A stretch of 64,000 nt of DNA from Nanobdellota archaeon (GTDB taxonomy: Archaea; Nanobdellota; Nanobdellia; Pacearchaeales; GW2011-AR1): positions 19,732-83,731 of the forward strand of contig JBBSXB010000005.1 of the NCBI GenBank assembly GCA_038046005.1, written 5' to 3'. The notes under the pieces were generated by a model. It ran no database searches and was not told the origin of the DNA. It was given only the letters and a program-made list of their open reading frames with translations. The first letter of the stretch is position 1. The number at the start of each line of letters is the position of its first letter. The translations under genes were made by a program, and so were the position numbers. This document shows positions 40,319 through 50,600 of this stretch, piece by piece.

Positions 40319-41210
40319 AAAGTTTATTATCGGATTAGATGATAATGGGAAAGAGATTAAATTCACCTGCGATGAATCAAAATTGGCTAATAACTTTGGA
40401 AAAAACCCTGAAGCTCCAAATTTTCTAACAAGAGTTTTTTTCAAGAAAGATGTTTTAGATAAGTACTATGGTAAACCTTCAAAATATTCTGTTAGAGATG
40501 GGTATTTGTTTTATACTAGAGAAGATGGTATTAATGAATGGGGGATGCCCATAGACAATAATGTCCGAGGTTGTATTATGGCTTATTTAGGAGACCTAGC
40601 TAAACTACCATCTGATGAGCAAAAACACTGGAAAATTTACAATATCGTAGAAGGCAGTTTTAGTTCAGTTTCAGTTATGAGAGACTTTAAAGCTGAACCC
40701 TGTTCTCCAACTGACGCTGCTTTATATTTTAAGGGAGAATTTGAGTCTCTCAACGAAAATTGGAAGAAGAAAAATGGATGGAATATATTCAAACCGTTGA
40801 ACTTAGCTGATGAACATCACGTTAAGACCTTAAGAGTGCCAAACGATGAGCAGAAAGAGTTTGATGAGGTGGTACTCTCTTTGAATAAAATACTAATTGA
40901 CTCTTTAAATGTTGAAAAAATGAAAGATAAAATAATATTTGATAAGGATGACAAGTCTATTTCCATACTACAAAAATATCTTGAACAAAAATATAAAATT
41001 AGATTTTCCCAAATGATTGAATTTCTAAAAAACTTGCAAAACTTAAGATCGAGCGGTAGTGCCCATAGGAAAGGAGATAATTACGAAAAAGCGTACAAAA
41101 AATTTGATAAAGGAAGTTTATCAAAAACGTTTGAAAGCATTTTAATTGAAGCAATAACTACTCTGAATACCCTTCAAAATAGAATTGGGGGAGATAAAAA
41201 TGTCAGTTGA
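40308..41210 (+). CDS. Hypothetical protein with C-terminal HEPN-like Rx5H motif
   Basis: LKNLQNLRSSGSAH in a helical C-terminal region. Confidence 0.65.
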   Translation: MRFEKFIIGLDDNGKEIKFTCDESKLANNFGKNPEAPNFLTRVFFKKDVLDKYYGKPSKYSVRDGYLFYTREDGINEWGMPIDNNVRGCIMAYLGDLAKLPSDEQKHWKIYNIVEGSFSSVSVMRDFKAEPCSPTDAALYFKGEFESLNENWKKKNGWNIFKPLNLADEHHVKTLRVPNDEQKEFDEVVLSLNKILIDSLNVEKMKDKIIFDKDDKSISILQKYLEQKYKIRFSQMIEFLKNLQNLRSSGSAHRKGDNYEKAYKKFDKGSLSKTFESILIEAITTLNTLQNRIGGDKNVS

Positions 41211-41775
41211 ATGGTGGGCTTTAGGTATTTCAATAGTTGCCTTGTTAGGGACGCTAACTAAGGATTTTTTTATTCCTATTTTTTTTAAACCTACATTAAA
41301 AATAGAAGGAATTGATGACGGCGAGTGTATTCAGGATGCCAGTGATAATTTGAATAACATTACAAGGTGGATAAGATTAAGATTGATTAACAAAGACGGA
41401 TTCTTTTCAAGGACTGCAAAAGATTGTTATGTTAAGTTATTGTGGGTTAAAAATAGTAATGGGACAAAAATAACGCCTTTTGAATCCTTGCCTTTAACGT
41501 GGGTTAGTTATGATGATTTCTCTGGTGGAAAGTATGATCTTGCTAGAGGAGAATATCACATGATAGACTTAGTCCATGAGTTTCCTCAGCGAAGATTTCT
41601 AAGATTTAAGCTTGCAGGCATACCTCTCGAACTAATAAAAGAGTCCGAGTCTAAACTCTCGCCCGGCATATATTCTTTTGGGATAGCCGTTTATGGAGGC
41701 AATTTCAAACCAATTAGAAAGATATTCAAAGCAAGAATAACAAATAAATTTGGAGAATTAAATTTTGTAAAATGA
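41200..41775 (+). CDS. Hypothetical protein with N-terminal TM and beta-rich domain
   Basis: MSVEWWALGISIVALLG; overlaps both neighbours. Confidence 0.7.
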   Translation: MSVEWWALGISIVALLGTLTKDFFIPIFFKPTLKIEGIDDGECIQDASDNLNNITRWIRLRLINKDGFFSRTAKDCYVKLLWVKNSNGTKITPFESLPLTWVSYDDFSGGKYDLARGEYHMIDLVHEFPQRRFLRFKLAGIPLELIKESESKLSPGIYSFGIAVYGGNFKPIRKIFKARITNKFGELNFVK

Positions 41776-42863
41776 ATCAAGAAATTAAACTAAAAGACTT
41801 ATTTGAATTGAAATACGGTTCATCCCTTCCAGAAAAAACTAGAATAAATGGCTCAGTGTTGGTTTTTGGATCAAATGGCATTGTTGGATCTCACAATCAA
41901 GCAATAACTAAAGGAAAAACCATTATTGTTGGTAGAAAAGGATCAATAGGGAAAATAAATTTCTCAGAGAAATCTTGTTTTCCAATAGATACCACATATT
42001 ATATAGATGAGACTAAAGAACCCTGCAATCTAAAATGGCTTTATTTTATCTTGAAAAAACTAAATCTAGAGTCTTTGAACAGAGCTGCTGCTGTTCCGGG
42101 TTTAAACAGAAATGATGTTTATCAAAAGAAGATAATTCTGCCATCAATTGAAAAGCAAAACAAAACAGTTGAAATTTTGGAAAAATCAAAAAAACTCAAA
42201 GAAAGAAGCAATAATGCTAATGACTTACTTGATGAATATCTTAAAGCTATTTTTAATGAGATGTTTTTGAAGGAAAAGAATAAGTTTGAAAAAGTAACTT
42301 TAAAAGATATCGGAAAATTATCTATGGGTGGAACACCTTCAAAGAGTATAAAAGAATATTGGGAAAATGGAACAATAAACTGGATGAAATCAGGAGATAT
42401 TAAAGGAGATTTTATTACATCTATCTCTAATAAAATAACACAGAAAGGTTTTGATAAATCAAATACTACTCTCTATCCGAAAGATACTGTAGTAATAGCA
42501 TTAAATGGACAAGGAAAAACAAGAGGAACTACTGCAATTTTAAAAATCGAAACTACTAGTAATCAGTCAGTTGTTGGAATTATGCCTGATAACAAAAAAA
42601 TACTCTCGGAATATTTGCATTATAATTTAAAATTAAGATATAATGAATTAAGAAGATTAACGGGGGATAATGAAAGAAGTGGACTAAACTTATCTATTCT
42701 TAGAGGTTTTAAGATGCTATTGCCTCCTATCCAACTTCAACAAAAATTTGCTGAGATAGTTGAACAAGTAGAAAAAATGAAGAAAAATATTAATAAAACT
42801 GAACAAAACGGAGATGAATTATTTAATTCTTTAATGCAGAAAGCATTTAGGGGGGAGTTATAA
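41772..42863 (+). CDS. hsdS: Type I R-M specificity subunit
   Basis: Two TRDs, LPSIEKQ and LPPIQLQ conserved helices, SLMQKAFRGEL. Confidence 0.94.
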   Translation: MNQEIKLKDLFELKYGSSLPEKTRINGSVLVFGSNGIVGSHNQAITKGKTIIVGRKGSIGKINFSEKSCFPIDTTYYIDETKEPCNLKWLYFILKKLNLESLNRAAAVPGLNRNDVYQKKIILPSIEKQNKTVEILEKSKKLKERSNNANDLLDEYLKAIFNEMFLKEKNKFEKVTLKDIGKLSMGGTPSKSIKEYWENGTINWMKSGDIKGDFITSISNKITQKGFDKSNTTLYPKDTVVIALNGQGKTRGTTAILKIETTSNQSVVGIMPDNKKILSEYLHYNLKLRYNELRRLTGDNERSGLNLSILRGFKMLLPPIQLQQKFAEIVEQVEKMKKNINKTEQNGDELFNSLMQKAFRGEL

Positions 42864-42864
42864 A

Positions 42865-43872
42865 ATGATATTCATAAAATTTATTATAGAAAAATTAGCC
42901 AATATCTGTTTAAGCATTTCTAATGTGTTTAATCTTTTTAGTATAAAATTGATTGATAAGCTCAATATTAATATCTATAAACCAAAATATGAAGAAAAGA
43001 TATTCCAAAATACAGAAAGTATAAATAAAGATACTCAGCAGATATTAAAAAATGATGAAGATATAAAAAGATATAAAGAAAAAGAAAAACTAATCAAGGA
43101 GTTGATAAATAGAAAAATTATTAATGTGAACAATCTAAATAAAGTTTCTAATTCGGAACATTTTATTGTAATCCCAAAAATACACTTAAACATAAATGAT
43201 AAAAAGGTAAGAAAAATTTTGTTTGGAGAAGAAGGTTCTTTTAAAAATTCCATATTTAGTTATTTTGATCAAGGAGATTTTGTTAATTTGGGTAAAAAAT
43301 TCTCACCAATTTACTTAAAAGATAAGTACAGCATAAAACAACCATATAGAAATATATCTATTTTTAAGAAGATATTGGATAATAAACTAAAAGATTTAAT
43401 CTACAAAGATAATAAAGAGATAGTGAGATTAATTCAAAGACATAAAAATAGAAAAGAAATAAAGGTCTTTTTTGAAGGAGAAGACGTGTCTAATAAGAAG
43501 TTTTTATTTTTAGATTATATGATTATTTCCTCTTTAAATTTAAATAAAGAAAACATAACTCTTGAAGAAGGTGTTCACAAACAATTTCTTTTTAAGATTT
43601 TGACAAAAGAAGCCCAAAATATAAAAATTAAAGAAGTGATATTGGAAAGTGGATTAAAATTATTTCTTAATGAAGAGTACTTAAATTTTATTAAAGACAA
43701 ACTACTAAAAAACGAATCAACGATAAAACAAAAATTGAAAATAGACAATTTTTTTGAAGATATTAACAAAAATGAATTTGAGAAAGTATTAAAACAACTT
43801 TTAGAAAATGATTATCAACAAATTTATTCAGACAATTTTTTTAAACTTCAAAGTCTTATTAAAGAATTATAA
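42865..43872 (+). CDS. Hypothetical protein, very AT-rich
   Basis: 335-aa K/N/I-rich ORF between hsdS and hsdM. Confidence 0.65.
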   Translation: MIFIKFIIEKLANICLSISNVFNLFSIKLIDKLNINIYKPKYEEKIFQNTESINKDTQQILKNDEDIKRYKEKEKLIKELINRKIINVNNLNKVSNSEHFIVIPKIHLNINDKKVRKILFGEEGSFKNSIFSYFDQGDFVNLGKKFSPIYLKDKYSIKQPYRNISIFKKILDNKLKDLIYKDNKEIVRLIQRHKNRKEIKVFFEGEDVSNKKFLFLDYMIISSLNLNKENITLEEGVHKQFLFKILTKEAQNIKIKEVILESGLKLFLNEEYLNFIKDKLLKNESTIKQKLKIDNFFEDINKNEFEKVLKQLLENDYQQIYSDNFFKLQSLIKEL

Positions 43873-43920
43873 AATGAACACAAAAAAGAAATAAATAAAC
43901 TGGAAGTAAAACCAATAAAC

Positions 43921-45375
43921 ATGTTACACACAGAATTAAAATCAAAAATAAGAAAATTATGGGATAAATTTTGGAGCGGAGGAATTAGCAATCCTCTTCA
44001 GGCAATAGAGCAAATATCCTATCTTATTTTTATGAAGAAACTTGAGGACAAAGATATTCTTGATGAACAGAATGCAACCTTGAAGGGAATTAAATTTAAA
44101 TCAATCTTTGAAAAACACGAAAATTGCAGATGGTCAGAATGGAGCGAATATCCTTCTGACAAGATTCTACCCCATGTTCGAGATGTTGTCTTTCCATTTA
44201 TGAGAACTCTGGGAGCAGAAAACTCCCATTATAACAACTATATGAAAGACGCTTCATTTTCTTTGCCTACTGCCTCATTATTGATTGAAGCTGTAAATAT
44301 AATTAATGATCTGCATATAAAAGAACAGAATCAAGATGCTCAGGGAGATATTTATGAATATCTTTTATCAGAATTAACAACTGCTGGAAAAAATGGGCAG
44401 TTTAGAACTCCGAGACATATAATCAAAATGATGGTTGAGTTGGCAAAACCTGAATTAGGAGATAGAATTTTAGATCCTGCATGTGGGACAGCAGGATTTT
44501 TAGTTAATGCTTATGAATATATTTTAAGATCCAATCAAAAGAATGAAATAAGCACACTCACCCCCCAAAAAAAGAAAATGTTGGATGAAGAGTCTTTATA
44601 CGGCTATGATATTGATAGAACAATGGTAAGAATCGCTGTCATGAACCTAATGATGCACGGAATAACTAATCCTAACATAGTTGGAGAAGATACTTTGTCT
44701 AAAAGGTATAATGAAAAAGGAGTTTATGATTTAATCTTGGCTAATCCTCCATTCAAAGGCTCTATTAATGAAAGTGAAAAGTCAGATGAGCTTACTATAA
44801 GCACAAGCAAGACAGAATTATTATTCTTAGAATTAATGTACAATTGTCTTTCAATCGGAGGAAGATGCGCAGTCATAGTCCCAGATGGAGTTTTATTTGG
44901 CAATTCAAATGCTCATAAATCAATAAGGAGGCTATTACTAGAAAAATGTAGGCTTGATGCAATAATTTCTATGCCTTCTGGGATCTTTAAGCCATATGCA
45001 GGAGTTTCAACAGCAGTTTTATTCTTTACTAAAGGAGAGCCTACAGAGAAAGTTTGGTTTTATGACATGGAAGCAGACGGTTTTAGCTTAGACGATAAAA
45101 GAAATGAGATAAAAGAGAATGATATTCCTGATATTTTAGAAAGATTTGAAAAAAGAAATAAGGAAGAAAATAAAGATATATCTAAAAAATCTTTTTTTGT
45201 TTCAGTCGATGATATAAAATCTAATGAGTGGGACTTATCTATTAACAAATATAGAAAAGAAAAGCATGAAGAAGTAATTCATAGAAATAGCAAAGAAATA
45301 ATAAAAGAAGCTAAGAAAGAAGTAAAAGAACTCTTAGAAGGTTTTGAAGAGCTAGAAAAAGTAGTTAAAATTTAA
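43921..45375 (+). CDS. hsdM: Type I R-M methyltransferase subunit
   Basis: GQFRTPRH, DPACGTAGFL, ANPPF, PDGVLFG. Confidence 0.95.
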   Translation: MLHTELKSKIRKLWDKFWSGGISNPLQAIEQISYLIFMKKLEDKDILDEQNATLKGIKFKSIFEKHENCRWSEWSEYPSDKILPHVRDVVFPFMRTLGAENSHYNNYMKDASFSLPTASLLIEAVNIINDLHIKEQNQDAQGDIYEYLLSELTTAGKNGQFRTPRHIIKMMVELAKPELGDRILDPACGTAGFLVNAYEYILRSNQKNEISTLTPQKKKMLDEESLYGYDIDRTMVRIAVMNLMMHGITNPNIVGEDTLSKRYNEKGVYDLILANPPFKGSINESEKSDELTISTSKTELLFLELMYNCLSIGGRCAVIVPDGVLFGNSNAHKSIRRLLLEKCRLDAIISMPSGIFKPYAGVSTAVLFFTKGEPTEKVWFYDMEADGFSLDDKRNEIKENDIPDILERFEKRNKEENKDISKKSFFVSVDDIKSNEWDLSINKYRKEKHEEVIHRNSKEIIKEAKKEVKELLEGFEELEKVVKI

Positions 45376-46013
45376 TCTTCCAACCTCCCCCTAGCCATTT
45401 CAACATACTTCTCATCAAGATCCACTCCTATCCAATCCCTATCTGTTTCTTGACAAGCCACACAAACTGAGCCACTGCCACAAAAAGGATCTAAAACAAT
45501 ATCTCCTTTCTTTGAGCTATGTTCTATCATCTTTGAAATCAAATCCACTGGTTTTTCATGAGGGTGAGTTAGCTCATTATGATTAATATGGCTGGAACTT
45601 TGTACATCAGAGAAATTAGTCAGATTATATTTAGGCTTTCCTTTTTCCAAAACAACAATTAATTCATACTGATGTCTGAATGCCCAACCCAAACCAAAGT
45701 TGTGCTTTTTCCAAACAATGACATGCCTTATCTTAAATTTAGTATATCTCAAAATAAACTCTGTTAAAAAGGGATAATGCTTCCAGTTTGTAAAAATATA
45801 CAAAGACCTGTTTCTTTTTAGAACTCTGTAACATTCAACCAAAGCCAAACAGTTAATCAAAGGGTTTTCGTTGTTTCTTATAGTTTTATTGTTCCATCCA
45901 TAAGCAACATTATCTCCGTAGGGTGGGTCGCTAACGATCAAATCTATGCAATTATTGGGAAGAGTTTTCATAAACTCAATGCAGTCTCCCTTAATGATTT
46001 TGTTTGTTTCCAT
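45372..46013 (-). CDS. Beta-class N6A/N4C DNA methyltransferase
   Basis: DPPY precedes HPHEKP and LDPFCGSG. Confidence 0.92.
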   Translation of the reverse strand: METNKIIKGDCIEFMKTLPNNCIDLIVSDPPYGDNVAYGWNNKTIRNNENPLINCLALVECYRVLKRNRSLYIFTNWKHYPFLTEFILRYTKFKIRHVIVWKKHNFGLGWAFRHQYELIVVLEKGKPKYNLTNFSDVQSSSHINHNELTHPHEKPVDLISKMIEHSSKKGDIVLDPFCGSGSVCVACQETDRDWIGVDLDEKYVEMARGRLED

Positions 46014-46182
46014 TTTTTAAAATCTCAATAAGCATTTTTTCAATATTATCTAGTTTAGATGGAGCATCCAGCTTCTGCCTGCAAAGTTCGGCGAGAGTTA
46101 TTTTTTCTTCATTCGCTTTTTCTTTCAGCTTCTGAAGAATTGAGCTCTCCAAAGTCAGGTGTATGTGTGCGTTCTTTTTCAT
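45991..46182 (-). CDS. Small ribbon-helix-helix/CopG-like protein
   Basis: HIHLTLESSILQKLKEKANEEKITLAELCRQKL. Confidence 0.7.
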   Translation of the reverse strand: MKKNAHIHLTLESSILQKLKEKANEEKITLAELCRQKLDAPSKLDNIEKMLIEILKNGNKQNH

Positions 46183-46285
46183 TTTTTCTCCTTAAAATTT
46201 CAATAAGCTCTTTTAATTTACATATGATCTCATCTCCAATGTCTTTGTTGATTTGATTTTCCATGAAAAGCAGATTCTTTTGAGA

Positions 46286-46365
46286 TATATAAAAAATCGG
46301 AGATTTTTTTGTGGTCAGAAAAGTAGTCAAAAAAGTAGTCATTTTTTTCTCCGAGTTTATTTATA
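46286..46365. promoter_or_regulatory. Divergent control region with inverted TATA-containing arms and three repeats at 12-bp spacing
   Basis: TATATAAAAAATCGGAG ... CTCCGAGTTTATTTATA; GTRGTCA at 46311, 46323 and 46335. Confidence 0.65.
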
Positions 46366-46387
46366 ATAGCTCCATCGCACACAAATC

Positions 46388-46534
46388 ATGGGATGCGCAT
46401 TATGTGGGAAGGAAACTGACGAAGATTTTTGTTGGAACTGTCTTGCATTTCTCAGGCGTAAGTATCCCAAAAATAAAAACTTTGAAAGGAGGTTAAAATG
46501 GCACAAAAAACAGGCAAAGGAGCTGGAAAAATAA
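46388..46534 (+). CDS. Small Zn-finger protein (48 aa, not in the ORF track)
   Basis: MGCALCGKETDEDFCWNCLAFLRRKYP; overlaps the pilin start. Confidence 0.6.
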   Translation: MGCALCGKETDEDFCWNCLAFLRRKYPKNKNFERRLKWHKKQAKELEK

Positions 46535-46815
46535 TAGCCGTGTCGCTTTTAATTTTGTTCATGCAGATAGCTTTTGTAAAGGCTGCAGATTTCAGCGAGA
46601 TTCTAAAGCCGTTGCAGACAATTTATGATTTAGTGAAATATGCTGCAACGGTTATTGCTGGATTGATAATGCTGTTTGCAGGATTAACTTACATCACAAG
46701 TGGATCTGATCCTAAGAAAAGGGAAAATGCAAAGAATATGGTTATGTATGTTATTATAGGGCTTATGGTTATTTGGGCAGCACCCTTTGTTGTTGACTTG
46801 ATTCTAGGAAACTAA
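46498..46815 (+). CDS. TrbC/VirB2-type pilin
   Basis: Signal peptide, two hydrophobic helices around AGLTYITSGSDPKKRENAK; GGAGG RBS. Confidence 0.85.
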   Translation: MAQKTGKGAGKIIAVSLLILFMQIAFVKAADFSEILKPLQTIYDLVKYAATVIAGLIMLFAGLTYITSGSDPKKRENAKNMVMYVIIGLMVIWAAPFVVDLILGN

Positions 46816-46816
46816 A

Positions 46817-47629
46817 ATGGCTTGTGACATAACAAATTTAGGCTCATGCATAGCTGATGCTTTGTTTGGATTTATACTTAATATTCTAAACTCAGCATCA
46901 AAGCCTTTTTCAGATATTATCCACAAACTCATGACCGAGCCAGTAAATATTTCTGCATTTTCAAGCATCTGGGCAATTATAGTTTACATCCTCTCCATGT
47001 TTTACGGGCTTCTTATTGTATGGATTGGGTTGAAGTTTATTGTTTCTGGAGAATCGCCAGAGCAAAGAGAAAAAGCAAAGGCAGATTTGAAGAATACAAT
47101 TATAATGATGATTTTAGTGCAAGGTAGTTATTATCTTTATGATTTAATTCTAGCTGTTTCATCTGCATTGACAAAAGTTATATTTGATATGATAAACAGC
47201 AGTTTTTTCCAGATAACATTTGAAAGTTCTTCAAATTTTGGATTGGATTTGCTCTTTGGAGTTATTTTCATCCTGCATCTTATTGTTGTAATGATAATTC
47301 TTCTTTTGAGATATATTTTTGTAAGTGCAGGAGTGATACTTTTTGCAATAGGAATATTTTTTTATTTTATTCCTTTTCTGCATCATTATGGAAAATTAAT
47401 ATTAAACAGCTTAGGCACTTTGATATTTCTGCCGTTCTTTTTCTCAATAATATTTCTTGTGGGATCAAAGCTCACAGGATTAAACGGATTCAACAATGCA
47501 AAAATGCTCATAATGATAGGAACTCTTGACTTGGTTATAATATCAACTTTTCTTCTGCTACTTTTTGTTGTTGTGAAAGCCGTCACAAAATTAAAGCCAG
47601 TGATTTCAGTTGCAAAAGCCTTAGTATAA
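46817..47629 (+). CDS. Polytopic membrane protein, VirB6/CedA-like
   Basis: Many TMs, pilin-like GLKFIVSGESPEQREKAK, position between pilin and VirB4. Confidence 0.65.
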   Translation: MACDITNLGSCIADALFGFILNILNSASKPFSDIIHKLMTEPVNISAFSSIWAIIVYILSMFYGLLIVWIGLKFIVSGESPEQREKAKADLKNTIIMMILVQGSYYLYDLILAVSSALTKVIFDMINSSFFQITFESSSNFGLDLLFGVIFILHLIVVMIILLLRYIFVSAGVILFAIGIFFYFIPFLHHYGKLILNSLGTLIFLPFFFSIIFLVGSKLTGLNGFNNAKMLIMIGTLDLVIISTFLLLLFVVVKAVTKLKPVISVAKALV

Positions 47630-47630
47630 A

Positions 47631-50600
47631 ATGTACGAAATACCTCAGCAGTTAGAATACAAAGAGAAAATTGTTTTTGGATTGACTTTTAAGCAGTTAG
47701 CCTATGCTTTTGGGTTTTTTCCATTAGTTTTCTTTTTGTTGTTTAAAATAAATGCTTCTTGGGCTGTAAGAATTTTCCTAGCAATCTATCCAGCTTCATT
47801 GGCAGTTGGTTTTATCTTTTTTGATTTGGATGAGAAATTAAAGAAATGGATTTCGTGGTTTATGTTAAGAGAGATAAGTGCAAAACGGGAAAAAGGAAAG
47901 ATAGACAAATTATGGGAGATGATTTCTGAAAAGAATAAAAAATTTTTGATTGAAAGATGGAAGAGAATGAAGAAAGATAAAGAAGGATTTTGGTTTAAGC
48001 TGTCAAAATGGCTGAACAGGAACAGAATAAAAGAATTTTTCAGCATAATCAAAGTTGAAGACAATTTAATTTACACAAAGAAAAACAAGATCGCTGTCCT
48101 AAAAGTTGAGCCCATAAATTTTGACATAAAACATGAAAAGGAGAAGGAGGCAATAACTCTAGCATTTCAGAAACTGTTGAACTCTTTGGATTTTCCAATA
48201 CAGATTGTCATGACTACTGATAATTTGAGTTTGGAGTCTTATCTTTCTAATCTTGGAGAAAAATCACATTCAAAGCAGATATTTCACGAGTATGAAAAAC
48301 ACATTAAAGGAGTTGTCAAAAATGAGAGTGTTTCAAACAGAAATTTTTATCTTGCCATTCCTGAAAAAACAAACCTTGACATACAGATAAAAATCTGCGA
48401 GGAGAGACTTCATGCATTGAATCTAAAAACTTACAGACTAAACGATAAACAGCTTGAAAAACTATTTTCTAATTTTAATGATGCGGAGAAAATTGAGAAT
48501 TCTCCTTTTTATGTCAGCATAAAAGACAACATTATAAGAACTATTTATGCACATGGCTATCCTAGGTCAGTTGAAGCTGGATTTCTTGATAAAATAGTGA
48601 GTTCTGTAGGAAACTTCAATCTTTCAATTCACATTGAGCCAATGCCTCTTGAATCAACAATGGTTTTGCTAAACAGAGAACTTCAAAAACAGAGGGCTGA
48701 TCTTTATGCAGCAAAAATAAAGGATCAGATAAATCCAAGCTTGGAAATAAAATACAAAGACACTTTGAACATTCTGAGAAATTTGCAGAAGGGAGATGAG
48801 AAATTGTTTAATGTAAGCCTTTACATCGCTTGCACGTCAGACAGAAAAGATAAGCTTGATTTATTAACAAAAAAAGTCGAGTCAGAGCTTAATTCTTTGC
48901 TTATTATTCCAAAATGGACTGACTTTCAGATGATTCAGGGATATAAGTCATGCCTTCCTTTATGCGAAGACTCGATAAATATGAAAAGAAATATCACAAC
49001 AAAAGGGCTTTCTACCTTTTTTCCATTTACTTCATCTTTTTTCAAGTTTGATAAAACTGGAATATGGTTTGGATTAAACAGAAATAAGATTCCGATAATA
49101 AGAGATGTGTTTAAACTCCCTAATCCAAATGGGCTTGTTCTAGCTCAATCTGGCGGAGGAAAGTCATATTTCTGCAAATTGTTAATTTCAAGATACTTGC
49201 TTAACAATACAAAAGTAATGGTCATTGACCTGCAAGGAGAATACAATGCCCTTGTTTCGCATTTTAAAGGGCAGACAATTAATCTTTCCAGAGATTCTCC
49301 CACAATTATTAATCCTTTGGACTTGATGGGGCACAACTATCTGGAAAAAAGACTTTCCTTGCTGGATCTTATGAAAATTATGCTTGGGGAATTAACCGAT
49401 ATTCAAAGAGCTTATATTGATCGTGCAATAACTGAAACTTACAAGCGAAAAGGCATCACCAAAAACCCAGACACTTGGAATAATGAACCTCCAATTCTAG
49501 GTGATTTGATAAAAGTTCTTGACAGCATGGAGAAAAAAGGCTCAAAGCTTGAGCAATCAACTCTCGCTAGTTTGTCAAATCGTCTTGATATGTATGTTCA
49601 TGGAGTATTCAGCTTTCTTAATAGAAAAACCAACATTAATTTCAACAATAACTTTGTTTCGTTTGACGTAAGCAATCTTCCAGCTCAAATCAAGCCAGCT
49701 ATCATGTTTTTAGTGCTAGATTATATTTACATGAAGATGAAATCTAATCTTAACAGAAAAATACTTCTTATTGATGAGGCATGGCTATTGCTATCAAGGG
49801 CAGAGGACGCAGGATATATTTTTGAGATTGTAAAGACCTGCAGAAAGTTTAATCTCGGGCTTCTCTTGATAAATCAGGAAGTTGAGGGAATGCTTGATTC
49901 AAAAGCAGGGAAATCTGTTCTTGCGAATTCTTCGTATACATTTTTGATGAGACAAAAACCTGCAGTGATTGATACTATATGCAAAACATTTCATTTAAGC
50001 AATAATGAAAGGACTCATCTTTTAACTGCGAATGTTGGTGAAGGGCTTTTAATTATGGAAGACGATCATTCCATTCTGAGAGTTATTGCTTCGCCTGAAG
50101 AGCATAAACTAATCACCACAAATCCTGATGAATTAAAGAACTTTAAAGTTCAGCCGAAAAAAGCTGTTTACAAAGATGTTAACATACGCATTAATGAAGA
50201 TAAAAGATATTTCAGAAAGAAATTGCTCGGCAAAGATGAAATTAATTTTCTTTTATCCAAAGAGTATAAAATTTGTGAATACAAAAGTCTGCTAACAGAC
50301 AGAATGGAAACATTTCTTTTACAGCCAAGGCATAATGAAAGCCCAATGCATCTTTTCATGACTAAAAACATTGCAGAGTATTTGGAGAAAAATGGAATAG
50401 AAGTTGAATTGTATACAACAGTAAAGCCAGATATTGTTTTTGGAATTAATGGAAAGAGGTACGCTATCGAAATTGAAACTGGATCATATTTAAGCAGAAT
50501 GAAAGGATTTAAAGAAAAAGTAGAAACGCTTAATAAAAATTATGATGAATGGTTTTTTGTAGTAACAAATAAAAATAAAGTCAAAATATACAAAAAATTT

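Noticed and set aside
46109-46342. 77-aa minus-strand ORF
   Set aside because: Its 5' part reads through the regulatory repeats and it overlaps the RHH gene; a shorter version from 46264 is possible but unsupported.
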